Origin: Promethearchaeati archaeon
GTDB taxonomy: Archaea > Asgardarchaeota > Heimdallarchaeia > Heimdallarchaeales > Heimdallarchaeaceae
Assembly: GCA_013166775.1 (NCBI GenBank)
Contig: JABLTJ010000026.1
Span: 1-51,348 of the forward strand
Reading direction: 5' to 3'
DNA length: 51,348 nucleotides
Numbering within the stretch: the stretch's first letter is position 1; every line of letters starts with the position of its first letter. The notes beneath the pieces are model-generated. The model did not search any database. It was not told where the DNA came from and saw nothing but the letters and a program-made list of their open reading frames with translations. Of this stretch, positions 17,861 through 27,574 are shown in pieces. The position numbers and the translations under genes are program-made.

Positions 17861-20236
17861 ATGAAGTTATTCGAACCATATAAGCTAAATCAAATAATAC
17901 TAAAAAACCGACTTATTATGCCTGGAATGGACACCAATTTTGGTGATGAAGAAGGAAACATTCCTGACAAATTAATAGATTACTATGAATTAAGAGCTAA
18001 GGGAGGTATTGGTCTGATTATAGTTGAAGGTGCCTACTTCGATCAAATAGGTGCTGGAACTGCTACTATGCTCAGTATTGATAGCAATAAACGAATACCT
18101 AAGTTTAAAGAATTAGTAAACACCATCAAAAAACACGGAGCCCATGCACTTTTACAGATTTATCATGCAGGTGCTCAAGCATCATCTTATATGATTGGTC
18201 TTCAAGCAGTTGCTCCATCTGCAATACCTTTTGAAATGTCAGGAGAGATGCCAATACCTCTTACAACAAAACAGATTTCTAAAATTGTTAAAGGGTATGG
18301 TGAAGCTTGTTTAAGAGCTAAAAAAGCTGGATTCGATGGTGTAGAAATCCATGCAGGACATGGGTATTTACTCAATCAATTCTTCTCATTAAGAACCAAT
18401 AAACGAAATGATGAATATGGTGGACAGAATTTTGAGAATAGAACTAGAGCAGCTGTTGAAATTATACGTGAAGTAAGAAAGAAATGTGGAAATGATTTCA
18501 TCATAGGTTTTAGATTAAATGGTAGTGATTATATTCTTGAGGGATTGGAAATAGAAGATGTTATCAAAATTGCTAAAATTCTCGAAAAGGAAGGTATAGA
18601 TTTAATCAACATAACTGGCGGTGTTTTTGATAGTCCCCGATTCCCAGTTGTACCTTATATGAACTATCCTAGAGGTTGCTTTGTTCAGAATGCAAGCTTA
18701 GTAAAAGAAGCATTAGAGAAAAACACAATTGCTGTTGTTGGTAGAATAAACACCGCAGATAAAGCAGAGGACATTCTTCAAAACAATGAAGCCGATTTAG
18801 TGGCTACAGGTCGAGCTGTGATTGCAGATCCTGAATTTCCAAATAAAATCAAAGCAAATCAAATTGAATCTATTCGAACTTGTATAGGTTGTAACGCTTG
18901 CTTAAACCAAATAATGACTGAACAACAAGTCCTCTGTTCAATCAATCCAAATCTTATTGCTTCAGACGAAGCTATAGGTACTTCTGATAATCCTCAAAAA
19001 TTACTAGTAGTAGGAGCAGGTCCAGCAGGTTTAGAGTTTGCCAGAATTGCAAAACTAAGAGGACACAATGTTATAGTAATAGAGAAAGAAGCATCGATAG
19101 GTGGTTCGCTAAAATATGCTAAAGTTGCACCAATGAAGAAGGAAGTTCAGAACCTCATCGATTATTGTGAATACATTACGAATAAACTTCAAATAGATAT
19201 TAAACTGAATACTCCTTTCACTGAGGGCATTTTGAAGCAATATGACCCAGACACATTGATACTCGCCACCGGCATTTCACCCAAATTACCGGACATAGAG
19301 GGAATTAGTGAGAATAATTCCAATTACTATTCAGAGATTCTTGGTGGTTCCATACCCAAAGGACAGAAGATTGTCATTCTAGGCGGAGATATGATTGGTC
19401 TAGAACTAGCTGAATTCCTTTCATGTGCAAACAAAGATGTAACAATTATATCGGAGAAAAAGAGACTTGGAACAGATGTTTATTCGTTAGTCGCTAAAGA
19501 GATAATACCTACTATCGAAGAAGATGATAAAATAGAAATAATGTATGAAACAACTGTTTTAGAAATAAAAGACAACAAAATAATAGCTGCCCAAGAAGAT
19601 AAAAGTATTGAAATCGAGTTCGATGAACTTGCTTTAACTTCCGCTCAACCTTCATTGGAAATAGAAAAAACAGTAAAAAACCACATTAAAAGGGTGTTCA
19701 AAATTGGGGATTGTAAAGAAGTCCACCCTAGAAAAATTTTGGATTCAATAAAAGAAGGATATGAACTCGGTCTCATTATAGAAACACCTGAAGCAGATCT
19801 CTTATTTGGTGATTTGCCAGAAGTACAGGATGGTGATTTAAAATCTTTAATGAGAATGAAGATTAAAAGGCGTTCCTTTACAAATGACGATATACCAGAC
19901 TATCTAGATATGATGTCTATGGTATGTAATGAAAATGAAAAGATACGCAAAAAAAATAAGAAAACCAATCTCATTTTCCAGATCTCAATTGGTGATAAGA
20001 AACATTATTTCATTAAAATCGAGAATGGAAACTTTTCTACTGGTGAAGGTAAGGTAGACAACCCAAATGTTACTATTTGGATGGAATCATCAATTGCTGG
20101 AGGAATTTTCGCAGGAACAGTAAACTCAGCTTCAGCTTACATGTCAAAAGAATTGAAATTCGAAGGTTCAATGATACACGGTATTAAGTTCAGAAGCTTA
20201 ACAGAAGCAGTGATAAAAGAGCTAGAAGAATCGTAG
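17861..20236 (+). CDS. NADH:flavin oxidoreductase (FadH/BaiH-like 2,4-dienoyl-CoA/enoate reductase) fused to a C-terminal SCP2 domain
   Basis: OYE barrel 'GFDGVEIHAGHGYLLNQF', 4Fe-4S motif 'CIGCNAC...CSINP', Rossmann 'VVGAGPAG'; C-terminal 'IENGNFSTGEG...PNVTI...AYMSKELKFEG' is SCP2-like. Confidence 0.88.
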   Translation: MKLFEPYKLNQIILKNRLIMPGMDTNFGDEEGNIPDKLIDYYELRAKGGIGLIIVEGAYFDQIGAGTATMLSIDSNKRIPKFKELVNTIKKHGAHALLQIYHAGAQASSYMIGLQAVAPSAIPFEMSGEMPIPLTTKQISKIVKGYGEACLRAKKAGFDGVEIHAGHGYLLNQFFSLRTNKRNDEYGGQNFENRTRAAVEIIREVRKKCGNDFIIGFRLNGSDYILEGLEIEDVIKIAKILEKEGIDLINITGGVFDSPRFPVVPYMNYPRGCFVQNASLVKEALEKNTIAVVGRINTADKAEDILQNNEADLVATGRAVIADPEFPNKIKANQIESIRTCIGCNACLNQIMTEQQVLCSINPNLIASDEAIGTSDNPQKLLVVGAGPAGLEFARIAKLRGHNVIVIEKEASIGGSLKYAKVAPMKKEVQNLIDYCEYITNKLQIDIKLNTPFTEGILKQYDPDTLILATGISPKLPDIEGISENNSNYYSEILGGSIPKGQKIVILGGDMIGLELAEFLSCANKDVTIISEKKRLGTDVYSLVAKEIIPTIEEDDKIEIMYETTVLEIKDNKIIAAQEDKSIEIEFDELALTSAQPSLEIEKTVKNHIKRVFKIGDCKEVHPRKILDSIKEGYELGLIIETPEADLLFGDLPEVQDGDLKSLMRMKIKRRSFTNDDIPDYLDMMSMVCNENEKIRKKNKKTNLIFQISIGDKKHYFIKIENGNFSTGEGKVDNPNVTIWMESSIAGGIFAGTVNSASAYMSKELKFEGSMIHGIKFRSLTEAVIKELEES

Positions 20237-20319
20237 AATATTGTCTAGATATATTGACAAAACTTAATACTATTATTTTTAGAGTTACCTCAACGATTCA
20301 ATACAAAGGGTTCAGCTTC

Positions 20320-21363
20320 ATGCCTACAGTCTTCAAATATGATAAGGGAATCAAGTTTCTTAAGAAACCTGAGAATCTTACTCTGATAGCTGACCCAACA
20401 ACCGCTAAAGCAGCTAACAATTGCGACGCAGCTTTCATTTCGCACGCACATACTGATCATTCTATTGCTTTTCCAAATGAAGGAATAAAGGTTTTTGCAA
20501 CTAAGATTGCCAGTGAATTATACGAAAAACTAACTTCTAGAAAAGCAAAAAATACTCATTTTGTCGAATATGATAAAAGTTTGAAAATAGAAGATATCGA
20601 AGTTGAATTCATCCAAGCTGGACATCTTCTTGGTGCAGCACAAATAATTTTCTATTTTGAAGATATTACTGTTTGCTATACTGGAGATCTCAGCACAGTT
20701 GATATGATTTCTGTTCCAAAGGCAACAATACCAAAAGAAGATATAGATATTCTAATCATAGAAGCTACTTATGGGAAGTCTGATTTGTTTTTTGAATCTC
20801 GTGAGACAATAAAAATCTCAGTCTTAAACTGGATAGCAGAAAACTTGCAAAAGAATAGAATACCTGTAATCAATATAGGACACTTAGGAGGAGCTCAAGA
20901 GCTTATCGCTTTTCTAAACGAAATGTTATCGGTCGATATCTATTGTGACGATAGAACAAGCGAGATTAATAAAATATACAAAAGAGAAGGCACAAATTTA
21001 CAATGGAACAGCTTTGATATCTTAAATGATGAAGAATTCAAAGAGAAAAATAGTATATGTTTACTTCCGCGTGCTGCAAAAGAATTACCGGAATTCCTTA
21101 AAGATCATAAGACATCTAGAAGCATAGTAACAGGTCAGGCATCACGATTTGCATTTTCAAATTTTGAACAAGCGTTTCCATTTTCCATGCATGCAAATTG
21201 TAATGAGTTATTAGAACATATTAAAGCAATTAATCCTAAAAACGTATATACATTATATGGTTTTGATTCAGAATTGTCTGCAATAGTTAGGCAAAAAATG
21301 AAAATCCCTTCTAGACCATTAAAACTAGCTAAAAAGAAATTTACTCTAGAGGAGTTTTTGTGA
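20320..21363 (+). CDS. Beta-CASP MBL-fold nuclease (COG1236-like)
   Basis: 'SHAHTDH', 'AGHLLGA', 'YTGD', 'EATYG', 'SMHA'. Confidence 0.88.
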   Translation: MPTVFKYDKGIKFLKKPENLTLIADPTTAKAANNCDAAFISHAHTDHSIAFPNEGIKVFATKIASELYEKLTSRKAKNTHFVEYDKSLKIEDIEVEFIQAGHLLGAAQIIFYFEDITVCYTGDLSTVDMISVPKATIPKEDIDILIIEATYGKSDLFFESRETIKISVLNWIAENLQKNRIPVINIGHLGGAQELIAFLNEMLSVDIYCDDRTSEINKIYKREGTNLQWNSFDILNDEEFKEKNSICLLPRAAKELPEFLKDHKTSRSIVTGQASRFAFSNFEQAFPFSMHANCNELLEHIKAINPKNVYTLYGFDSELSAIVRQKMKIPSRPLKLAKKKFTLEEFL

Positions 21364-21376
21364 AAAAATGAAAGAA

Positions 21377-21874
21377 TTACAAAAGATATTCGTCTTCTTT
21401 TTCTTTTTCTACTGATTTTTCAATAACTCGGATTGATTCCCCTGTAATTGTTACAGGTATTTGTAGATCCATAGCAAGTAATTCTACAGTGACTTCCTCT
21501 TTTCCAACATTTATATCAAGAACTCTCGCTCTCGATCCCTTGAATGGACCATTAATTACTTCTACTATATCGTTTATATCTACGCCTTCAATTACCGGTC
21601 TTGGAATGAGGAAATGATCCAATTCTTCTAAAGGTATTTCTTCAGCTCTAGAAGCTCTTGGGCGTTTACGTACGTGTCTCATTCCTTCAACAAGAAGCTC
21701 TACATCATCGATTGAACTAGCTTCAACGAAAATATACCCTTTTAATCCTCCAGGAACTAAAACAGAAAGAATTTGTAAGTGAGATCTGTTTTCAGCTCTT
21801 CGAGCTAATTGCTCACTTAATGAATGTTCTTGACCAATAGTAGTTCTTAGAGCATATATGGGCATTTCTTTCAC
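21377..21874 (-). CDS. spt5: Transcription elongation factor Spt5
   Basis: NGN 'TTIGQE...LKGYIFVEA' plus KOW 'VEVINGPFKG'. Confidence 0.96.
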   Translation of the reverse strand: MKEMPIYALRTTIGQEHSLSEQLARRAENRSHLQILSVLVPGGLKGYIFVEASSIDDVELLVEGMRHVRKRPRASRAEEIPLEELDHFLIPRPVIEGVDINDIVEVINGPFKGSRARVLDINVGKEEVTVELLAMDLQIPVTITGESIRVIEKSVEKEKEDEYLL

Positions 21875-21907
21875 TTCATTGTACTTTTTTGAATTTTAAA
21901 CTAAATT

Positions 21908-22108
21908 TTAACCTGATTGTTGTATAGCGTTTATTATTGCGTTAAATAGTAGACTCAGAACATATCCAATAACTCCGATAACAACAACTCCTATAGCACT
22001 CATTTTTGTAGTGATTGATAATTCTCTTCTACTAGGTAATTTTGCATGTCTAAGTAGTCGCTTACTACTGGAAAGGAAGGTTCTAGTTTTATTTACTATT
22101 TTACTCAT
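21908..22108 (-). CDS. secE: Protein translocase SecE/Sec61 gamma
   Basis: 'RLLRHAKLPSRREL...IGVIGYV' with a single TM; adjacent to spt5. Confidence 0.92.
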   Translation of the reverse strand: MSKIVNKTRTFLSSSKRLLRHAKLPSRRELSITTKMSAIGVVVIGVIGYVLSLLFNAIINAIQQSG

Positions 22109-22180
22109 TTAATTAACCTCTACAGTTGTTTTTCTTACATGTTTTTATTTATTCTGATGATTTACTCTTCTTTATTCTTC

Positions 22181-22666
22181 TTAATCAAGAAGCTCATCAT
22201 ACTTTCCTGCATCAATTTCCTTTTGTACGTCTCTAGGATCTTTTTCTTCACAAGTTACTCCTATTGTAACCATGGTTCCTAGAATCTCTTTGCAGGCAGT
22301 TTTTGTTGAAGAAGCAGTTAAATCCGTCCACTTGGATTTTGCTATTTCAATTAACTGGGAAAATGTAATGTTTCCTACGATCTCAGTATTTGGTGTTCCG
22401 GACCCTTTTGAAATGCCTGCTGCTTTAAGAACTAAAGCAGATGCTGGAGGAATACCAATCTCAATTTCAAAACCTCTTGTTTTCTTATTAACTGTAACCT
22501 TTACAGGTACTTTCATACCTGAGTAAGCTTTAGTTTTAGAATTGATTTCATCAACAATACCCTTAATATTAACGCCCAGTGGACCTAAAGCGGGACCCAT
22601 TGCACCTCCAGAAGATGCATTTCCGCCATCCACTAGTAAATCTACAGTAACAAGGTCTGCACTCAT
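22181..22666 (-). CDS. rpl11: 50S ribosomal protein uL11
   Basis: 'GPALGPLGVN', 'GMKVPVKV', 'GIPPASAL'. Confidence 0.97.
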   Translation of the reverse strand: MSADLVTVDLLVDGGNASSGGAMGPALGPLGVNIKGIVDEINSKTKAYSGMKVPVKVTVNKKTRGFEIEIGIPPASALVLKAAGISKGSGTPNTEIVGNITFSQLIEIAKSKWTDLTASSTKTACKEILGTMVTIGVTCEEKDPRDVQKEIDAGKYDELLD

Positions 22667-22873
22667 TTTTTCTTCCTCTTGAAACTATATTAGTTCTAAT
22701 CAGAAGCAAAAGAAACTCTAAATAAAGGTAACGATTTCTAACCAAAGGATAAATTTGCTAATATAATGTATCATAAGATCTAATTCTGGTTAAAATGTTC
22801 CTTCTTCTCTAAATCCAAAATATTTATAATGAAAGCATAGAGTTTTGAAAACATAACAATTGGAGCTACAACC

Positions 22874-23098
22874 ATGTCATCTAAACCAATGGATATACTT
22901 AACCAAGCCAGGGAAAAACGTGTCTTAATACGTTTAAGAGGCAATCGTCGTATGAGAGGAATCCTCAAAAATTATGATATTCATCTAAATTTGACTTTAG
23001 AGGATGCTGAAGAAATAGGAGAAGAAGGAAGCTTAAAATTAGGCGACATAATTGTCAGAGGAGACAATGTGATAATGATAAGCCCTCCTCCAAAATAA
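22874..23098 (+). CDS. Sm-like archaeal protein (Lsm/SmAP)
   Basis: Sm1 'GILKNYDIHLNLTLEDAEE' and Sm2 'IIVRGDNVIMISP'; followed by rpl37e as is typical. Confidence 0.96.
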   Translation: MSSKPMDILNQAREKRVLIRLRGNRRMRGILKNYDIHLNLTLEDAEEIGEEGSLKLGDIIVRGDNVIMISPPPK

Positions 23099-23116
23099 AA
23101 ATAGAGGTCGATAACA

Positions 23117-23281
23117 ATGACAAAAGGAACACCATCATTTGGAAGACACAATAAAAAATCAACCCATATAGTTTGTAGAAGATGTGGTAAGCACTCTTTT
23201 CATAAACGTCATAAGGAATGTGCATCATGTGGTTTCGGTAAAACAACTAAGATCCGAAGTTATGCTTGGCACAAACACTAG
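23117..23281 (+). CDS. rpl37e: 50S ribosomal protein eL37
   Basis: Below the ORF-track cutoff: [54 protein letters not shown]. Confidence 0.97.
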   Translation: MTKGTPSFGRHNKKSTHIVCRRCGKHSFHKRHKECASCGFGKTTKIRSYAWHKH

Positions 23282-23319
23282 AATATTGTGACAAATTTAA
23301 TTATTTTATCTCTAAAAAA

Positions 23320-23396
23320 GGGCCGGTAGATCAGCCTGGAAGATCGCTTCCTTGGCATGGAAGAGGCCGCGAGTTCGAATCTCGCCCGGTCCACCA
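23320..23396 (+). tRNA. tRNA-Ala(GGC)
   Basis: GGGCCGG/CCGGTCC acceptor with G3-U70; CTTCC-TT GGC AT-GGAAG; CCA. Confidence 0.97.
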
Positions 23397-23512
23397 TTTT
23401 AGTAAAAGTAAAAGACGATTTTTAGGCGGTTTAATTACATTTTATTACTTTTTACGAAGGTCGTTTTTCAATCTTAAATAAATTTATATATTGTTAATGT
23501 GCCTTTAGAGAT

Positions 23513-25177
23513 ATGGAAAAATCATATGACGAGAACCTAGCTAAACTTATGTCAGAGGCTCGTGATTTATTTAAGAGTGAGAATTTTGCAGATTCTGCAA
23601 GAAAATATTTAGAAGCAGCCAAGAATCAAGAATCAGCAAGAGGGATGGCTCAAGCTGAGGATTTATATCATGAAGCAATTAAGAATTTTATAAGAGCTTC
23701 AGAAGAAAATAAAGAAAAGAAGCAATTTCGTATGAGTGCTCAAAATCTCTATTACGTTGTTCAAATATTCAAAAAATTAGGGGTGGAGGAAGATTGGAAG
23801 GCTGCAACATCTGCAGTTGTTGATGATTTAGTTAATGCAGCACAGGAATACTTAATGTGGAACGAATATGATAGAGGGATAATTCTTATTTCAACTGCAT
23901 GTTTCTTCTTATTCTCAACAGAAGATTTTCAAACAGCCGAACAATTATATTTACAATATGTAGAACAGATAAAGGATGATCCAGGTTTTACTCGGGCTCA
24001 GCAAATTCTTTATGCTGCTGGTCATGCAATTAAAGCTATAAAGGATTCAGATACTACTTCTCTCCTAAATGCACAACAACTTGTTGGTAGTCATCTTAAA
24101 CCAGGTTTAAGTCAAATAGTTGGAGATTTATTTTTCCCTGCTCTAGATGATGCAATGGATAATGTTGTCAAAATTTTCCGTTCAAAAATAAAGTTGCCAA
24201 AAATTGTTCCAGAACTTAAAATTTCAAGAGACTTAGTTCTAAATGAACCTGCGGATCTCACAATTTTCCTGGAAAATGAAGGGCAAGGAGACGCATTCAA
24301 TCTTATATTTAAGCTCAATATGCCAGATGGATTAGAAATTCTTGAAGGAAGCAAAGAATTCACACTCAGTCAACTACTTGCTCAAGAAACCTATGAATAC
24401 AAATTAGTTGTACGTGGTATGTCAGGTATTGGTGACGTCACTCATGAATTGAATGCAAATATTACTTTTCAAGATCAATTACAAACAAAACAAACAATGA
24501 TGATTGGTCCTTACGACTTAATTTTCAGAGAAAAAAGCTTAGTCAGAGAACTTGAAGTTGAACTTGTCGAACTTTCAGAGAAAAATACCAAACTACAAAA
24601 ACAAATGACTTCAACTGATGTAATTCCTGAAGAAGCTACCAAACTTATGATTGATTTTGTAACAACAATTATTCGAGAATCCGAAGAGGTAATTACTAAA
24701 GAGGAATTTGAAACAGTACGAGCTAATATTAAAAGCATTGAATATTTCCACGGTTTAATACAGACATTAACAAGCAAGGAGTTTATTCACCCCCTTATCG
24801 AAAAACGTGAAAATGCTTTGAATGAAAAAGTAGAACAAGCAAAAATCGAACTTCAAGAAGAGTTGAATGTTCAACTTGAGGATCAGAAGGAAGCACTAAA
24901 ACAAGAGCAACAAAAAGAAATAGAAGAACTCAGACAAAGTTTCAACAGCGAGAAAGAAACTGAGCAAAAGGAATTAATAGAAAAACTAGAAGAAGATCAT
25001 CAAAAAGACATTGCAGAACTGAGAGACGAATTTGAACAGAGACTAAAAAATGAGCTTGATGAACAAAGATTAAAATTTGAAGATGAAAAGAAGAAGGTTT
25101 TAGAAGAACAAGAAGCAGTTCTGAGAGCTGAATTTCAAAAGCTGTTATCTGAATCACAGGATAAAAAAAGAAGATAA
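23513..25177 (+). CDS. Uncharacterised protein: TPR/SNAP-like helical N-terminus, Ig-like beta-sandwich, C-terminal coiled coil
   Basis: Ala/Tyr helical repeats (SARKYLEAA, AEDLYHEA); 'LTIFLENEGQGDAFNL...MPDGLEIL' DUF11/CARDB-like; E/K/Q-rich heptads; no signal peptide. Confidence 0.7.
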   Translation: MEKSYDENLAKLMSEARDLFKSENFADSARKYLEAAKNQESARGMAQAEDLYHEAIKNFIRASEENKEKKQFRMSAQNLYYVVQIFKKLGVEEDWKAATSAVVDDLVNAAQEYLMWNEYDRGIILISTACFFLFSTEDFQTAEQLYLQYVEQIKDDPGFTRAQQILYAAGHAIKAIKDSDTTSLLNAQQLVGSHLKPGLSQIVGDLFFPALDDAMDNVVKIFRSKIKLPKIVPELKISRDLVLNEPADLTIFLENEGQGDAFNLIFKLNMPDGLEILEGSKEFTLSQLLAQETYEYKLVVRGMSGIGDVTHELNANITFQDQLQTKQTMMIGPYDLIFREKSLVRELEVELVELSEKNTKLQKQMTSTDVIPEEATKLMIDFVTTIIRESEEVITKEEFETVRANIKSIEYFHGLIQTLTSKEFIHPLIEKRENALNEKVEQAKIELQEELNVQLEDQKEALKQEQQKEIEELRQSFNSEKETEQKELIEKLEEDHQKDIAELRDEFEQRLKNELDEQRLKFEDEKKKVLEEQEAVLRAEFQKLLSESQDKKRR

Positions 25178-25204
25178 TGAAGCAACTATCATCTCTTAAA
25201 ATCA

Positions 25205-25606
25205 TTATTTTTTACTTATTATCCTCTTTTGAGTATTCAATTTAATATAATCATCTGTTTTTATGAAACTCACAACATCTTCTTCTGGTTGATCTACTAA
25301 GGGGATTTCAGCAAGAATTGCACCAGCTATAACAATCGTTTCAGCTATATTTGCTATGAAAGCTAAGGGAGCCACACCATTCACTCTCAAGCCATATATA
25401 ATATAAGAACCAACTGTAGAGCCCTTTCCTTTTGGAAAAACAAAGATTTTGTCAGCTATTGATTGTCCGTTTAATGGATTCTCTGAATCGATTATTTTTC
25501 CAGTTTTGGGATCTATTCCCCCAAAAAAAGAAATAGCAATAGGTGACACTAATGCTGGTCCTTCAACCAAGCCATCAACTATTGGTCTTATCGAAATTTT
25601 TTTCAT
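25205..25606 (-). CDS. Aconitase X swivel subunit (phosphomevalonate dehydratase small subunit)
   Basis: 'ISFFGGIDPKTG', 'GKGSTVGSY'. Confidence 0.92.
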   Translation of the reverse strand: MKKISIRPIVDGLVEGPALVSPIAISFFGGIDPKTGKIIDSENPLNGQSIADKIFVFPKGKGSTVGSYIIYGLRVNGVAPLAFIANIAETIVIAGAILAEIPLVDQPEEDVVSFIKTDDYIKLNTQKRIISKK

Positions 25607-26802
25607 TGAACAACACTTTCCATTATTTCGTTTAGTGAAAGAAGATTAACATTGATTGTACCATCTCTTGTAAGATAAAAAGCAGCCTTCGCTGAATTTG
25701 TTAAGATGTTTTCGAATTTTTCACTGATTGCAGGGGAAACAACCATACATGTATCAGTAAAAACCCTAATACCTTTTTTTTCTAATTCATAAATAAGTCT
25801 AGATGCCTTTTCATCTTGTGAGATGAGTTTAGAGGTAAATATCCATACTTCAATTTCATCTTTGATTTTGGCATTCTGTGTGTATTCATTAATTAGTTGC
25901 AAATCTACCAAACTAGTATGTGGGCACCCAATTGCAACCAAATCTGCATGATCTTTAATTTGATTAAAGTGTTCGTAGACTTTCTCTTTGTCTTCTTCCG
26001 CATAAACGATTTTGTTTTCTATTTCTGTTGTTTTTACAGTCTTTGCTTCAGGAGTTTTTGCTTCAACATGAAAAAGTGGTACACTTCCAGAAGCAGCTAT
26101 TGCAGATGAAAGCATCTTTGCTTCATCAATCGTAAAGCTACTGAAACTATTGAAAAGTGGAATAGAATCCCCAAACATCTCCCCATACCAATACCCTAAA
26201 GCTGAAAAATCTGATAATGTTTTTGTTTCTGCTTTCACTTCAACGAAAGTTTTAGGTATACGATTTTCCTCTTTATGCATACCATAATTTGCAGTAAAAC
26301 CTGTTATTGCAGAAGCAAGAGACGAAGGACCGCCTTCTCTATTTGTTCTTGCACCAAAAAAACTATTTGCCATTGATACTGCAGACGATTCGCTCCATGC
26401 CAAATGATCACCAAAAGAAGGTTCTAATCCAATCAGATAGGGAGTGCAAGTAAGAGTAGTTTCTATTCCCATTTCCTCATAGTGTTTTAGTATTTCAAAT
26501 TGCTTTTCCGCGAATATTGTTCTTACTCCCATCTCCTTCCATCTCAATCTATCCATCCCCGCGGGATTTAACCAACTAGGGACTTTCACCTTTACTTTGT
26601 CACTAGATAATAAATCGAAAAATGAAAAAATTGCATCTCCTACAGTATGATAAGAAACTCCAGCAATCTGGGCGCTCTTTATTTGAATAAGTTTATCTGC
26701 GTTATTTACTACTCCGATTTTTATAATTAGATTCATCATTTTTGCAATAGCATTACCCTTTTCTCCAGCTAGCAATCTTTCTTGATTCTTTGTTAGATAC
26801 AT
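25603..26802 (-). CDS. Aconitase X catalytic subunit (phosphomevalonate dehydratase large subunit)
   Basis: 'TCTPY', 'AWSESSA', 'GARTNREGG', 'IGCPH', 'DTCMVVSP', 'TNSAKA'; 4-nt overlap with the small subunit. Confidence 0.92.
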   Translation of the reverse strand: MYLTKNQERLLAGEKGNAIAKMMNLIIKIGVVNNADKLIQIKSAQIAGVSYHTVGDAIFSFFDLLSSDKVKVKVPSWLNPAGMDRLRWKEMGVRTIFAEKQFEILKHYEEMGIETTLTCTPYLIGLEPSFGDHLAWSESSAVSMANSFFGARTNREGGPSSLASAITGFTANYGMHKEENRIPKTFVEVKAETKTLSDFSALGYWYGEMFGDSIPLFNSFSSFTIDEAKMLSSAIAASGSVPLFHVEAKTPEAKTVKTTEIENKIVYAEEDKEKVYEHFNQIKDHADLVAIGCPHTSLVDLQLINEYTQNAKIKDEIEVWIFTSKLISQDEKASRLIYELEKKGIRVFTDTCMVVSPAISEKFENILTNSAKAAFYLTRDGTINVNLLSLNEIMESVVQ

Positions 26803-26842
26803 CTTCGAATCCTGCTTAAATGATTTTAATTACACTATAATA

Positions 26843-27472
26843 TTAAAGAATTTCAGCTTTTCTAATATGAAAACTACAATGTTTGTTTAGTGGACAAGCA
26901 TCACATTTAGGATGGTTTTTTAAGCAGTGGCTTTTAGCGTGTTGAACAAGTAGTGCGTGAAATTCCTTATACATTTCAATATCCTTTGGTAGGTTATCAA
27001 TAAATATCCTTTGGAGCTCCAAATAATCATTATCAGAATTAATTCCCAGCCTTTCAAGTATTCTGTAAGTGTATACATCAATAACAAAATATGGTTCTTC
27101 AAACCAATATAGTAATACAGAATCAGCAGTTTCTAACCCCAAACCGTTTACCAACAATAACTCTTCACGCGATGGAGTAGGATTTTTTGAAATCAATTCA
27201 ATAAAATTTTTCAGCCTTCTTGCTTTAATTCGATAATAACCACTTGGTTTAATGAGAGTTTCCAGTTTTTCTATGTGGATTGTTTCTAAGCATTTAATAT
27301 TTAGACAATTTGCATCCTTTAGATTTTGAATAGCTTTCTCAACACTTATCCAACTTGTTTGTTGAGTTAAAATTGCACCAATTGCAATTTCTAGTCCTTC
27401 TCCTGGCCACCATCCTTGAGGACCGTAATAATTGTAAAGAATCTCATAAAGTTCCTCAAGTTTTATAGCCAT
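26843..27472 (-). CDS. Endonuclease III-like HhH-GPD glycosylase with FCL 4Fe-4S motif
   Basis: 'GAILTQQTSW', 'GLGLETADS', 'VIDVY', 'CLKNHPKCDACPLNKHC'. Confidence 0.92.
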   Translation of the reverse strand: MAIKLEELYEILYNYYGPQGWWPGEGLEIAIGAILTQQTSWISVEKAIQNLKDANCLNIKCLETIHIEKLETLIKPSGYYRIKARRLKNFIELISKNPTPSREELLLVNGLGLETADSVLLYWFEEPYFVIDVYTYRILERLGINSDNDYLELQRIFIDNLPKDIEMYKEFHALLVQHAKSHCLKNHPKCDACPLNKHCSFHIRKAEIL

Positions 27473-27574
27473 TGTGTAAAACTTTTCTTCTCTTTAAAAA
27501 AACTTGTTAAACCTTTATTATCATAAATTATCTTAAACTTTAAATGAGCTTTTGAAAAAGGAGAAACGAGTAAA

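Noticed and set aside
23266-23481. 71-aa ORF
   Set aside because: Reads through tRNA-Ala; spurious.
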